A DNA stretch of 64,000 nucleotides, taken from positions 160,001-224,000 of the forward strand of contig CAVXXK010000003.1 of the NCBI GenBank assembly GCA_963765675.1, read 5' to 3'. A program made the translations under genes and the position numbers. Below the pieces are notes generated by a model. It was not told where the DNA came from and did no database searches. It saw nothing but the letters and a program-made list of their open reading frames with translations. Origin of the DNA: an uncultured delta proteobacterium. GTDB taxonomy: Bacteria; Desulfobacterota; Binatia; Binatales; Binataceae. Positions 9,808 through 19,548 of this stretch are shown here, in pieces (position 1 is the stretch's first letter; each line of letters begins with the position of its first letter).

Positions 9808-10575
9808 TTACGCGCGCCCCGCTCCCACTTCCTCCAGCGCCTCCTCGTCTTCGGCGCGCGCGGAATGACGTTCCTTCGAAATCGCCTCCAGGAAGACCTG
9901 CTCGAGCGAAGTGCCCGCGGGAATCTCGCTGAGCTTTTCCTCCAGCACCACTTGCCCGTCGGCGATTATCACCACCCGGTCGCAGATCTGCGAGACCTCG
10001 GGCAGGATATGGGTCGAGAGCACCACCGTGCGCTCGCCCGAAAGCGTCTTGATAAGTCCGCGGATCTCGTGAATCTGGCGCGGATCGAGTCCTATCGTCG
10101 GCTCGTCGAGCACCAGCACCGGGGGATCGTGAATTAGCGCCTGCGCAAGGCCGACCCGCTGCCGATATCCTTTCGATAGCTGCCCGCAGATACGCCCGCG
10201 CATCTCCGCCAGCCCACAGACCTCGAGTGCATGGTCGAGCGCGGCTTCCATCTTCGAGCGCGCAACCCCGCGCAACTTCGCGACGAAACGCAGGTACGGT
10301 TCGACGCGCATATCGGTATAGAGCGGAGGATTCTCCGGCAGGTATCCGATCCGGCGCCGCGCCTCGAGCGACTCGGAAAAAATGTCCAGGCCGTCGATCA
10401 GGACGGTACCCGCGCTGGCCGGCATATAGCCGGTGATGATCCTCATGGTGGTGGTTTTGCCCGCGCCGTTGGGGCCCAGGAAACCGAGGATCGAGCCGCG
10501 CTCAGCCTTGAAGCTGACGTTTTTGATCGCGGTGAAATTACCGTAGAGCTTGGTTAGGTTCTTGACCTCAATCAT
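9808..10575 (-). CDS. ABC transporter ATP-binding protein (GldA-like)
   Basis: Walker A GPNGAGKTT, LSKGYRQR signature, VLDEPT. Confidence 0.93.
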   Translation of the reverse strand: MIEVKNLTKLYGNFTAIKNVSFKAERGSILGFLGPNGAGKTTTMRIITGYMPASAGTVLIDGLDIFSESLEARRRIGYLPENPPLYTDMRVEPYLRFVAKLRGVARSKMEAALDHALEVCGLAEMRGRICGQLSKGYRQRVGLAQALIHDPPVLVLDEPTIGLDPRQIHEIRGLIKTLSGERTVVLSTHILPEVSQICDRVVIIADGQVVLEEKLSEIPAGTSLEQVFLEAISKERHSARAEDEEALEEVGAGRA

Positions 10576-10756
10576 TCCAGTCGCTCGCCGCCGCCCGGCT
10601 TGCCCAGTGGCGGCTATCCAATCCTCCAGGTGTTATTGACGACGCCATGGTCTAATGAATTCACATGAAGCACGAGACAACCGAATAGTTAAATCTCCGC
10701 AGCCCATAGAGTCAATACGATGCTGCGAGATTGGCGGCAGGTCGGTTGGCGTCGCT

Positions 10757-10818
10757 CGGGAACGCCGATCTCCCGATCGGCGTCTGTCCGCACGCCAATC
10801 GGGAGATTGGCGTTCCCG
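10757..10818. repeat. REP doublet (inverted pair)
   Basis: gggaacgccgatctcccgatcggcg ... cgccaatcgggagattggcgttccc. Confidence 0.7.
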
Positions 10819-10837
10819 GGCGTATCGCGAGAAAAAC

Positions 10838-11388
10838 GACACGACCTTTTTGGAGGGGGTCATCGCTCAGGCCGATCTTCAGACTTCGCAAAACCCTTGG
10901 GACACAGGCGTTTAACGCCATTTGCACGCTGCGCCGCTTCCCTAACGATCGTTCGGGTTTTTGCCAGATTTGTTCATGGCTGAACTGTTCAGCCTTATGC
11001 TCAAATTCACTTCATGCGAAAATGTTTCCGTGGAAACACACCGCACACACGATCCGGAAGCAGAGCAGCACCCTCATCCGGCGCTGCGCGCCACCCTTCG
11101 ACAGGCTCAGGGCAGGCTCTTCTGCCGGAGGGAGAATGATCAGAAAATGCCCGAATGCCTTCTCCCTCCGGGAGAAGGTGCCCGAAGGGCGGATGAGGGT
11201 GCTGCTCTGCGACGTTCCCCGCCTCGAACCGCCCAAAATTCGATGACCGAAAAAGCTGCCGAAACGAACCCAGTGTCGCGAATTCGGCAGCATTTTCAAG
11301 GAGTTTATTTTTTAAGCCAATAGAAAAGATACCAAACGAACCCACCGCAATTGACCGAACTCAAAAAATCCAGGGCATAGTCTTGTCC
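10838..11388. repeat. Bipartite non-coding element C, copy 1, with a central REP hairpin insert (about 11060-11210)
   Basis: Blocks 10838-11038 and 11215-11388 align with the reverse complement of 63075-63275 and 62756-62928; 10940-11000 is identical to rc(63112-63172). Confidence 0.85.
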
Positions 11389-11545
11389 GGAATACGGCGC
11401 GGCGCGCACCACGGACCTCGACAATCGATCGCCTCGAAACCGCCAGTCGCTCACCGATGCCGCGAAGGAAAAAGAAATCCACAATTGATATTTCGTCCGC
11501 GTGGCGCGCTGTTGCTTCGCCTCTCGCATCGGGTAGTTTCATGCC

Positions 11546-14149
11546 ATGGCGGATGCGAAGCGCGAGCTGATTCTGGTTGACGGTTCCGGGTATATCTTCC
11601 GCGCCTTCTTCGCGCTGCCGCAGCTCAATAACTCGCGCGGGATGCCGACCAACGCGGTCTACGGCTTTATCCGGATGCTGGTGAAGCTCTTGAAAGACGC
11701 GCGCCCCTCGCATGTCGCCGTGGTCTTCGACGCTCCGGGCAAGACCTTCCGCGATGACCTCTTCGCCGACTACAAGGCCAACCGCTCCGAGACTCCGAAC
11801 GATCTCCGGAGCCAGATTCCGTATATCCATCGCGCCGTCGACGCGATGCGGATCAAGAAAATCGTGATCGACGGCTACGAGGCCGACGACGTAATCGGCA
11901 CTCTGGCCGCGCGCGCCGCCAAACAGCGCATCGAGACCGTGCTGGTCACGGCGGACAAGGACTTCATGCAACTGGTCGGTCCGCACGTGACGTTGTGGGA
12001 CACGATGCGCGATCGGCGGATCACGGCGCGCGAGATCAAGGAACGCTTCGGCGTCGAGCCGCGCGCGCTGGTCGATATCCAGGCGCTCACCGGCGACACG
12101 ATCGACAACATCAAGGGCGTGCCCGGAATCGGCGAGAAAACCGCCTCGGCGCTGATCCAGAAATTTGGCAGTCTGGATAATCTTTATCAGCATCTCGACG
12201 AGGTCGAGCAAACCGGGATTCGCGGCGCGAAAAAAGTGATGGAGCTGCTGCGGACGCATCGCGCCGACGCCGAGCTCGCGCGCAAGCTCGTCCGTATCGA
12301 CACCGACGTGCCGCTCGAGGTCGGACCCAACGATTTCGAATGGAAAGGAATCGACGAACCCGCCGCCGCCGAGCTGATGCGCGAGCTCGAGTTTCACTCG
12401 ATGCTGGCGGAGCTGGCGCCGAGCCAGGCCGAGCTGCCGATGGGTCCCGCGGTGGCGCAGTCGCAGGCGAGCCACGCCGATATCGCCACGATAGTCGCGA
12501 GGTTCAAATCCGCGGAACGAATCGCGATCGATCTGGCGGCAGACGCGGCCGGCAGCGAGCGGCTGTCGGTTCGCGCGATCGAAGAATCAAAGCCGGGCGA
12601 GTCTTTCGTCATCGACCGTGAGCTTATCGGCCAGATGGCGGAAATTCTTTCCGCGCCGGCGCCGCTTAAGGCGTGTCACGATTTCAAGACCCACATCACC
12701 CGCCTGGCCAAGCTCGGAATCGAGCTGCGCGGCGTCGATTTCGACACGATGATTGCGGGCTTTCTGGTGAATTCCGGACGCCCGGAACCGTCGCTCGACG
12801 ATCTGTATCATGAGCATCTTGCGCCGCTCGGACCGCGCGCCGAGTCGCACGCGCGCACCGACATTATCGCGGCGCTGTATCCTCTGTTGGCGACCAGGAT
12901 GCGCGACGCCAGGCTGGAGGCGCTATTCAACGATATCGAGATGCCCGTCGCGCCGATCCTGGCCGAGATGGAAACGGCGGGAATCGGAATCGACGCCGAC
13001 GCGCTAAAGAAAATCGGCGACGAGTTCGGCGAGCAGTTAAAACGCCTCGAGCGCGAATGCTATGAGCTCGCGGGCCGCGAGATCAATCTGAACTCGCCGA
13101 TTCAGTTGCGCGACGTACTGTTCACCACGCTCAAGCTCCCGACCAAAGGACTCAAGAAAACCAAGAGCGGATTTTCCACCGACGCCGACACCCTCGAGAA
13201 GCTCGCGACGACCCATCCGATGCCGGCCAAGCTGCTCGAATATCGCTCGATCGCGAAATTAAAATCGACCTACGCCGACGCGCTCGGCGGACTGATCGAT
13301 CCCGCCGACGGCCGTCTGCATACTACGTTTCATCAGGCAGTCGCCGCGACCGGCCGCTTAAGCTCCAGCGACCCGAACCTGCAGAATATCCCGACCCGCA
13401 GCGAAGAGGGGCGCCGAATCCGCCGCGCCTTCGTCGCGCGCGAGGGCTTTATCCTGCTGTCGGCCGACTACTCGCAGATCGATCTGCGCGTGCTGGCGCA
13501 TCTGTCCGAGGACCCGACCCTGGTCGACGCCTTCCAGCGCGGCGAAGATATTCACGCGCGCACCGCAACCGAGCTGCTCGGAGTCGGCGCGGGCCAGGTT
13601 GACGCCGACGCGCGCCGCGTCGCCAAGACGATCAACTTCGGCCTCATCTATGGGATGGGACCGCAACGGCTGGCCGCGCAGCTCGGGATTCCTCTGGCCG
13701 CCGCGCAGGACTATATCAAGCGCTACTTCGAGCGATTACCGCGCGTGCGCCAGTATTTCGAGGAGGCATTGACGCGCGCGCGCGCCGACGGCTTCGTTAC
13801 CACGATGTACGGGCGCAGGCGCTACCTGCCGGAACTGTCGGCCGCTCCCGGAGGGGCCAGGGCGCAGGCCGAAAGGATCGCCATAAATACGCCTATTCAG
13901 GGAACCGCGGCGGACTTGATTAAGCTCGCGATGATCAGGCTACATAGCCAGATTCGCCGCACCGGGATGCAAGCCATCCTCGTGATGCAGGTGCATGACG
14001 AGTTGCTTCTCGAAGTGCGAAAAGACGCCCTTCAGCAGGTCGCGCAGGCCGCCAGGGCGGAGATGGAAGGCGTCGCAGAGATGCGGGTGCCACTGAAGGC
14101 AGACCTCAAATGGGGCCCGAACTGGGCCGAAATGGGCTGGGGGAAATGA
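11546..14149 (+). CDS. polA: DNA polymerase I
   Basis: 5'-3' exonuclease (LVDGS, YKANR, EADDVIG, GVPGIGEKTA) and polymerase motifs (SSSDPNLQNIP, DYSQIDLR, AKTINFGLIYG, QVHDEL). Confidence 0.97.
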   Translation: MADAKRELILVDGSGYIFRAFFALPQLNNSRGMPTNAVYGFIRMLVKLLKDARPSHVAVVFDAPGKTFRDDLFADYKANRSETPNDLRSQIPYIHRAVDAMRIKKIVIDGYEADDVIGTLAARAAKQRIETVLVTADKDFMQLVGPHVTLWDTMRDRRITAREIKERFGVEPRALVDIQALTGDTIDNIKGVPGIGEKTASALIQKFGSLDNLYQHLDEVEQTGIRGAKKVMELLRTHRADAELARKLVRIDTDVPLEVGPNDFEWKGIDEPAAAELMRELEFHSMLAELAPSQAELPMGPAVAQSQASHADIATIVARFKSAERIAIDLAADAAGSERLSVRAIEESKPGESFVIDRELIGQMAEILSAPAPLKACHDFKTHITRLAKLGIELRGVDFDTMIAGFLVNSGRPEPSLDDLYHEHLAPLGPRAESHARTDIIAALYPLLATRMRDARLEALFNDIEMPVAPILAEMETAGIGIDADALKKIGDEFGEQLKRLERECYELAGREINLNSPIQLRDVLFTTLKLPTKGLKKTKSGFSTDADTLEKLATTHPMPAKLLEYRSIAKLKSTYADALGGLIDPADGRLHTTFHQAVAATGRLSSSDPNLQNIPTRSEEGRRIRRAFVAREGFILLSADYSQIDLRVLAHLSEDPTLVDAFQRGEDIHARTATELLGVGAGQVDADARRVAKTINFGLIYGMGPQRLAAQLGIPLAAAQDYIKRYFERLPRVRQYFEEALTRARADGFVTTMYGRRRYLPELSAAPGGARAQAERIAINTPIQGTAADLIKLAMIRLHSQIRRTGMQAILVMQVHDELLLEVRKDALQQVAQAARAEMEGVAEMRVPLKADLKWGPNWAEMGWGK

Positions 14150-14191
14150 AAATCTGGCTGAATTTCGACACCCTGACCCGCGTCTAAGGAA

Positions 14192-14770
14192 TTGGGAACC
14201 CCAGGGCGCCAGGACGGCGACGAAGCCGAACTTATCGAACGGGCGAGGAAGGGCGACAAGGAAGCCTTCGGAGTCCTGGTCGAGCGTTACCAGCGCAGGG
14301 TCGCAAATGTAGCGCTGTCGGTGGTTCACAATCAGGACGATGCAATCGAACTCGCACAGGAAACCTTTGTTCGCGCCTACGAAAATCTGTCGAAGTTCGA
14401 ATCGCGCTCGAGCTTCTCGACCTGGCTCTACCGGATCGCCGCCAATCTTGCGATCGATTTCTGGCGGCGCGAAGGCCGCCACGTCGTCCTGCGCGGCGAG
14501 GATGCCGAAAATGAGATTCGCCGGCTGCCAAGCGACAGCGGCGATTCGTTCAAAACCGCCAGCCGCAAAGAACTCTCGGCCCGCCTTACCGCGGCGCTCG
14601 AGGAGTTGACGCCGGAACATCGCACCGTGATACTTTTACGCGAGGTGGAAGGATTATCCTACGACGAGATCAGCGAGACGCTGCAATGTCCTCGCGGCAC
14701 GGTGATGAGCCGGCTGCATTATGCGCGCAACCGCCTGCGCGTCTTGTTGAAGGATCTTCCGGAGCGTTGA
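14192..14770 (+). CDS. ECF-type sigma-70 family factor
   Basis: AQETFVRAY, FSTWLYRIAAN and LSYDEISETLQCPRGTVMSRLHYAR (region 4); TTG start uncertain. Confidence 0.92.
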   Translation: MGTPGRQDGDEAELIERARKGDKEAFGVLVERYQRRVANVALSVVHNQDDAIELAQETFVRAYENLSKFESRSSFSTWLYRIAANLAIDFWRREGRHVVLRGEDAENEIRRLPSDSGDSFKTASRKELSARLTAALEELTPEHRTVILLREVEGLSYDEISETLQCPRGTVMSRLHYARNRLRVLLKDLPER

Positions 14771-14776
14771 GTTACG

Positions 14777-15355
14777 ATGGCTGAATGCAATCAAATTAGC
14801 CTGATGCTGGGTGCGTTCGAGGACCAGGCCCTCGAGCCCAACGAATATCAGGAAGTCGCCTACCATCTGGCGCGATGCGATAACTGCACCGCCGAGCTGG
14901 CCGACTACGCCACGATCGGCCGCGAGCTGCGCACCTTGTTTGAGGAACCTTCGCTCGACGGCTTCAAAGCTTCCGTGATGCGCCGGATCGACCGCATCCC
15001 GGTGCCGCTCGGCGTCCGGATTTCGCGATGGTTCAGCCGCGCGGGAGAGCAGCTTTCAACCGGGTTCGCGTTGGCAGCTGGCGCCGCAGTAGCCGCCGTG
15101 CTCACGGCGATTCTGGCCACTCCTTTTTTCGCGCGCACGTTGCATCACCCCGCATACGACGTGGCCTCGCTCGAGCACGCCGCAGTGAGCGCGCCCGCGG
15201 CGGTAGCGTCGGTCGCAGGCCCTGCCGATCTCGCCGATGTTGCGGACGACTCGCACGCCGTTATCTCCCGCCTCGAGTCAGAGATTCCTTCCGTTGCGGT
15301 CTGGAGCGAACCCAAGACCGACACGACTGTGATCTGGCTACCAGACCAACCATAA
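14777..15355 (+). CDS. Zinc-binding (ZAS) membrane anti-sigma factor
   Basis: HLARCDNC (HxxxCxxC) motif, one TM segment, directly downstream of the ECF sigma. Confidence 0.82.
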   Translation: MAECNQISLMLGAFEDQALEPNEYQEVAYHLARCDNCTAELADYATIGRELRTLFEEPSLDGFKASVMRRIDRIPVPLGVRISRWFSRAGEQLSTGFALAAGAAVAAVLTAILATPFFARTLHHPAYDVASLEHAAVSAPAAVASVAGPADLADVADDSHAVISRLESEIPSVAVWSEPKTDTTVIWLPDQP

Positions 15356-15363
15356 GGCTATTG

Positions 15364-15897
15364 ATGCTGACGAGCCCGCGAAGTCTTAGCCTGCTCATCG
15401 TCGTAGTCGTAGCGATGGGGGCCCAAGGGGCGCTCGCCCAATCGACGCATCCGGAGCGAACCGTGACCGTGCGAGTAAACTCCGTGCTCGCAGCTGAGAC
15501 CAACGAAGGCGTCGATCCGCGTTTGCAATCGATGGGCCCGCGCCTGCAAGCCTTGTTCAGCTACAGCACCTATCGCCTGGTGAGCGATCAAGCCGGACAG
15601 ACGCAATGCGGCAAGATGATCGCGTTCCAACTTCCGGGCGGACGAATCCTGCACGTGCAGCCACGAGAAGTTGACGGCGACATGATCGCGATGGAGATAG
15701 TCCTGTTCCAGGGCCCGCGCCCGCTCATGACGACTGACTTGAAGCTCAAGAACAACGGCATCCTGATTGTCGGCGGTCCGCGCTACGAACAGGGGATGCT
15801 GATAATCTCGATCGGCGCGAGCACCAGCGTCCCGCCGATGCACTCGCATCAACCGCCGCCCTCACCCGACTCCGAAGAAGCCGCCCCCCAGGATTAA
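15364..15897 (+). CDS. Secreted hypothetical protein, third gene of the ECF operon
   Basis: Signal peptide MLTSPRSLSLLIVVVVAMGAQGALA and a globular body; 8 bp after the anti-sigma stop. Confidence 0.7.
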   Translation: MLTSPRSLSLLIVVVVAMGAQGALAQSTHPERTVTVRVNSVLAAETNEGVDPRLQSMGPRLQALFSYSTYRLVSDQAGQTQCGKMIAFQLPGGRILHVQPREVDGDMIAMEIVLFQGPRPLMTTDLKLKNNGILIVGGPRYEQGMLIISIGASTSVPPMHSHQPPPSPDSEEAAPQD

Positions 15898-15960
15898 GCT
15901 TAGTTCGCCCTTGGTTCAGCACTGGCCGGAAGGGGTCCAAGGGTTAGGTCGATCCGATTC

Positions 15961-16319
15961 GAGCGCAGAGCGACGCGGCGCGTCTGAAATACCCTCTCCC
16001 TCCGGGAGAGGGCGACGCGGCGCGATGCTTGCGTTTCTTTCGCACGCATCGTGTCGCGTGGGTGAGGGTGCTGCTCTGCGATTCATTTGCAATTGACGCT
16101 TCGCGTCGGCCGACGAGCCGTCGGCCACCACTGGAACTTGACCAAGCGCGCGGCGGCGAGCGCAGAGCGCCGCGGCGCGTCTGAAATACCCTTCTGGCGA
16201 TGCTTGCGATTTTTTCGCAAGCATCGTGACGCGTGGGTGAGGGTGCTGCTCTGCGATTCATTTGCGATTGACGCTTCGCGTCGGCCGACGAGCCGTCGGC
16301 CACCACTGGAACTTGACCA
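15961..16319. repeat. Tandem pair of structured repeat family B (15961-16144, 16158-16319)
   Basis: Both units share gagcgcagagcg...gggtgagggtgctgctctgcgattcatttgc...cgcttcgcgtcggccgacgagccgtcggccaccactggaacttgacca. Confidence 0.9.
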
Positions 16320-16448
16320 GGCACGCACTCGCGATTGCAATCTCGACCGTGGGCGTCCAGATTGTTTGAGACATGAAATCGCAGCAACAAATCGTCGTCG
16401 ATACCCGCCGCTCGCGGCAAACGCATACTCCGCGCGATCATCGTCACG

Positions 16449-17616
16449 ATGTCGCTGATCCTTCTCTCCTTGCTGACCGGCGGATTCGCCGATCGCGCGG
16501 CGGCCGCATCTGCAAAATCGCCAGAGCCGCAGACGATGTCCCCGATACTCCTGTCGATCCAACATGCTCCCATCCCGTTTGCCGGCTCCGATGGACACAC
16601 ACATCTGGTCTACGAGCTGTGGCTGACGAATTTCTCGAGCGGCGACGCCACCGTCGAGCAGGTACAGATCCTCGGCGATGGCCATCTTGTCGCAACCATG
16701 AACAAGGCGGACATCGCCGCTCGGCTGCAACCTGCAGGCCGGCGCGTCTCCATCGATAAGATGGCGTCAGGCAGCGTGGCATTGCTGTTCATCCACGTAA
16801 TTCTCCCGAGCGACGCCGCGATCCCGAAGTTGCTGAGCCATCGGGTCAAGGCGCGTTTCGATGCGGCCCCGCCAGGCCATCAGGAGTTGACCGCGACGCT
16901 CGACGGCACGCGTATCGATCGCCGGCGTGTCGCCGTGATCGGACCTCCGCTGAAGGGCGAGCGTTTCGTCTCGGCCGATTCGTGCTGCGACGCAACGCGG
17001 CACACGCGCGCCGCGCTGCCGATCGACGGCTCAGTCTGGGTCGCCCAACGCTACGCCGTGGATTGGGAGCAGCTCGACGATCATGACCGGATCTACAACG
17101 GTCCCAAGGAAAATCTTAAGAGCTACACGATATACGGCAAGCCGGTGCTGGCGGTGGCCGATGGCACCGTGGTCACCGCGATAAACGATCAGCCCGATGT
17201 GCCGCCCGGCAGCTTTCCGCCCGGAATGACCCCCGATCAGGCCGACGGCAACGCCGTGATTCTCGACCTCGGCAGCGGTAACTACGCGTTGTACGCGCAC
17301 ATGCAGCCCGGAAGCATCCGCGTAGCCGTCGGAGACAAGGTGACCCGCGGCCAGGTGCTTGGACTAGTCGGCAACTCCGGCAACACGCTCGCACCGCATC
17401 TGCATTTCCAGATGATGGATTCCCCGCGCTCGCTCGCATCCAACGGACTCCCCTATGAGATCGATCGCTACCAGATTACCGCGATCCACGCCCGGCACCG
17501 AGGCCTTCGATCAGGCTGAGGCCAACGGAACCCCGCTCGCGCTGACCCCCGTCTCACCGCCGCGTAACGTGACGGCGGCCCTACCGTTGGATCAGCTAAT
17601 CATCTCGCTCCCGTGA
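16449..17616 (+). CDS. M23 family metallopeptidase (apparent +1 frameshift near 17487)
   Basis: Signal peptide, YAVDW, GKPVLAVADG, YAHMQPGS and GNSGNTLAPHLHFQ; the tail continues TPGTEAFDQAEANG...PLDQLIISLP* in the +1 frame. Confidence 0.85.
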
Positions 17617-17632
17617 TCCGCTGCTAACCTTC

Positions 17633-17787
17633 TGCCAGTGGTAGCCGACGGCCCGTCGGCCGACGCGAAGCGTCGCTTCTTGTGCGCGAATCGATCGCAG
17701 AGCAGCACCCTCACCCACGCGTCACGGCGATTGCTGAAAAGAAGCAATCGCCGCGCCGCGTCGCCCTCTCCCGGAGGGAGAGGGTAT
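17633..17787. repeat. Repeat family B, inverted copy downstream of the M23 gene
   Basis: Reverse complement aligns with 15989-16137. Confidence 0.88.
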
Positions 17788-17867
17788 ATGCAGTGATCAC
17801 GGCGTGGGGCAAAGAGGCCGCCGGGACGGCGGCCCTACCGTCGGGACCGGCGTCTCGCCGGCCATTC

Positions 17868-17939
17868 AAATGCGCGACGATCTGTAGATGCGCGACTACT
17901 TGCAAATACGCCGCTACTTGTAAATGCGCGCCCCCTTTT
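17868..17939. repeat. Imperfect 18-bp tandem repeat x4
   Basis: aaatgcgcgacgatctgt / agatgcgcgactacttgc / aaatacgccgctacttgt / aaatgcgcgccccctttt. Confidence 0.7.
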
Positions 17940-18044
17940 GTCATTCCCGCGCGTGGCTGCCGCGCAAGAGCCTGTCCTGAGCAAGGTCGAAGGAAATCCC
18001 GGTCTGTCCGATTCACTACCGCACGTGGCATGCGGCACGCGCCC

Positions 18045-18767
18045 TCACACCAATGCGATGCCGCCGTCGATTACTAGCGTCGTCCCGGTGACGTAGCCGT
18101 TTTTCATCAGGAATAGGGCGGCGTCGGCAACCTCTTCGGCACGGCCCATTCTGCGGGCCGGGATACGACGGGTGTAGCTCTCGACGATCTGGTCTTTGCG
18201 CTCGCCCATGAACGAATCGATCAGCGGAGTGTCGATCAGGCCGGGGCGGATCGCGTTGACGCGGATCGGCGCGAGGTCCACCGCGAGCGATCGCGCAAGG
18301 CCCTCGACGGCGGCGCAGGAGGCCGAGCCGATCGCGGCACCGGGAATCGGACGTACCACCGTGGTGCCGGACATAAGGATGATCGAGCCGCCGTCGGTCA
18401 TCCGCTTACCGCCGTATTTGGCCGCGTACACCGCGCCCCAAAAACGCACGTCGAGCGCGGGCCGCATCGCGGCGACGTCCACGGTGAGCGCGGCGTCGGG
18501 GGTCACTCCGCCGGCGTTGGCGAAGATATGATCGACGCGATCGATCTTCTCGAACATCGCGCGAGTCCCCGCCTCGTCGGCCGCGTCGAGCACAACTCCG
18601 CGCACGTCTTCGCCGAGCTCGCGCACCGCGCCGTCCAGTCGCTCGCGCGAGCGCCCGGTGATCACCACGACGGCGCGCTCGGCGTGCGCGGCCTTGGCTG
18701 TTGCCAGCCCGATACCGGAGCTTCCACCCAGGATAACCACGGTTCTGCCGTTGAGGTTGACTGCCAT
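18045..18767 (-). CDS. SDR family oxidoreductase
   Basis: GGSSGIG, NAG and RVNAIRPGLIDTP; start taken at MAVNLNG. Confidence 0.9.
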   Translation of the reverse strand: MAVNLNGRTVVILGGSSGIGLATAKAAHAERAVVVITGRSRERLDGAVRELGEDVRGVVLDAADEAGTRAMFEKIDRVDHIFANAGGVTPDAALTVDVAAMRPALDVRFWGAVYAAKYGGKRMTDGGSIILMSGTTVVRPIPGAAIGSASCAAVEGLARSLAVDLAPIRVNAIRPGLIDTPLIDSFMGERKDQIVESYTRRIPARRMGRAEEVADAALFLMKNGYVTGTTLVIDGGIALV

Positions 18768-18780
18768 GACGATGAACCGG

Positions 18781-19548
18781 CTAGCGCGGACCCATCCGCA
18801 GCGCGCCGTCGAGGCGAATCGTCTCGCCGTTGAGCATCGCGTTCTCGACGATATGACGCGCGAGTGCGGCGTACTCTCGCGGCTGGCCGAGGCGCTGCGG
18901 AAACGGAATCTGCGCGGCGAGAGCCTTGCGCGCGACATCCGGCAGTCCCGCGAGCATCGGAGTCTCGAAAGTGCCCGGCGCGATCGTGCATACGCGGATT
19001 CCGAGCGAGGAGAGATCGCGCGCGATCGGCAGCGTCATCCCGACCACGCCGCCTTTCGACGCCGAGTAGGCGGCCTGCCCTATCTGTCCGTCGAACGCTG
19101 CGACCGACGCGGTGTTGACGATCACGCCGCGCTCGCCGTCGGCGTTGGGCTGATTCTTCGCCATCGCGGCCGCGGCCAGACGGATCACATTGAAGGTGCC
19201 GACCAGGTTCACCTGGATCACCTTGTTGAACAGGTCGAGCGAATGCGGCCCTTCCTTGGTGATCGTGCGCATCGCGCGGCCGATACCGGCGCAGTTGATC
19301 GCGATATGAATCGCGCCGAACTTGGCGAGCGCCTTTGCGACCGCGTCGGCGACTTCTTTGTCCGAGACGACATCGGCCGGCGTGAAGAGTCCGTTCGCGC
19401 CGAGCGACTCGGCGACCTTTTGTCCGGGCGACACCGGCAGATCGAGGATCACGGCCTTGGCGCCGCCGGAAACGAGCTCGCGCACGGTAGCCTCGCCCAG
19501 TCCCGAGCCGCCGCCAGAGACAAGCGCAACAGTATCTTTGAGATGCAT
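18781..19548 (-). CDS. 3-hydroxyacyl-CoA dehydrogenase type-2-like SDR
   Basis: [34 protein letters not shown] and [14 protein letters not shown]. Confidence 0.92.
   Translation of the reverse strand: MHLKDTVALVSGGGSGLGEATVRELVSGGAKAVILDLPVSPGQKVAESLGANGLFTPADVVSDKEVADAVAKALAKFGAIHIAINCAGIGRAMRTITKEGPHSLDLFNKVIQVNLVGTFNVIRLAAAAMAKNQPNADGERGVIVNTASVAAFDGQIGQAAYSASKGGVVGMTLPIARDLSSLGIRVCTIAPGTFETPMLAGLPDVARKALAAQIPFPQRLGQPREYAALARHIVENAMLNGETIRLDGALRMGPR

Noticed and set aside
11007-11345. Conserved small peptide GSFGIFS.GLKNKLLE.AAEFA..GSF shared with 62621-62944
   Set aside because: The similarity comes from the DNA repeat; differences are mainly non-synonymous and the starts and stops are not shared
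15961-16319. Possible CRISPR array
   Set aside because: Only two long (~160-180 bp) units with no unique spacers, and no cas genes
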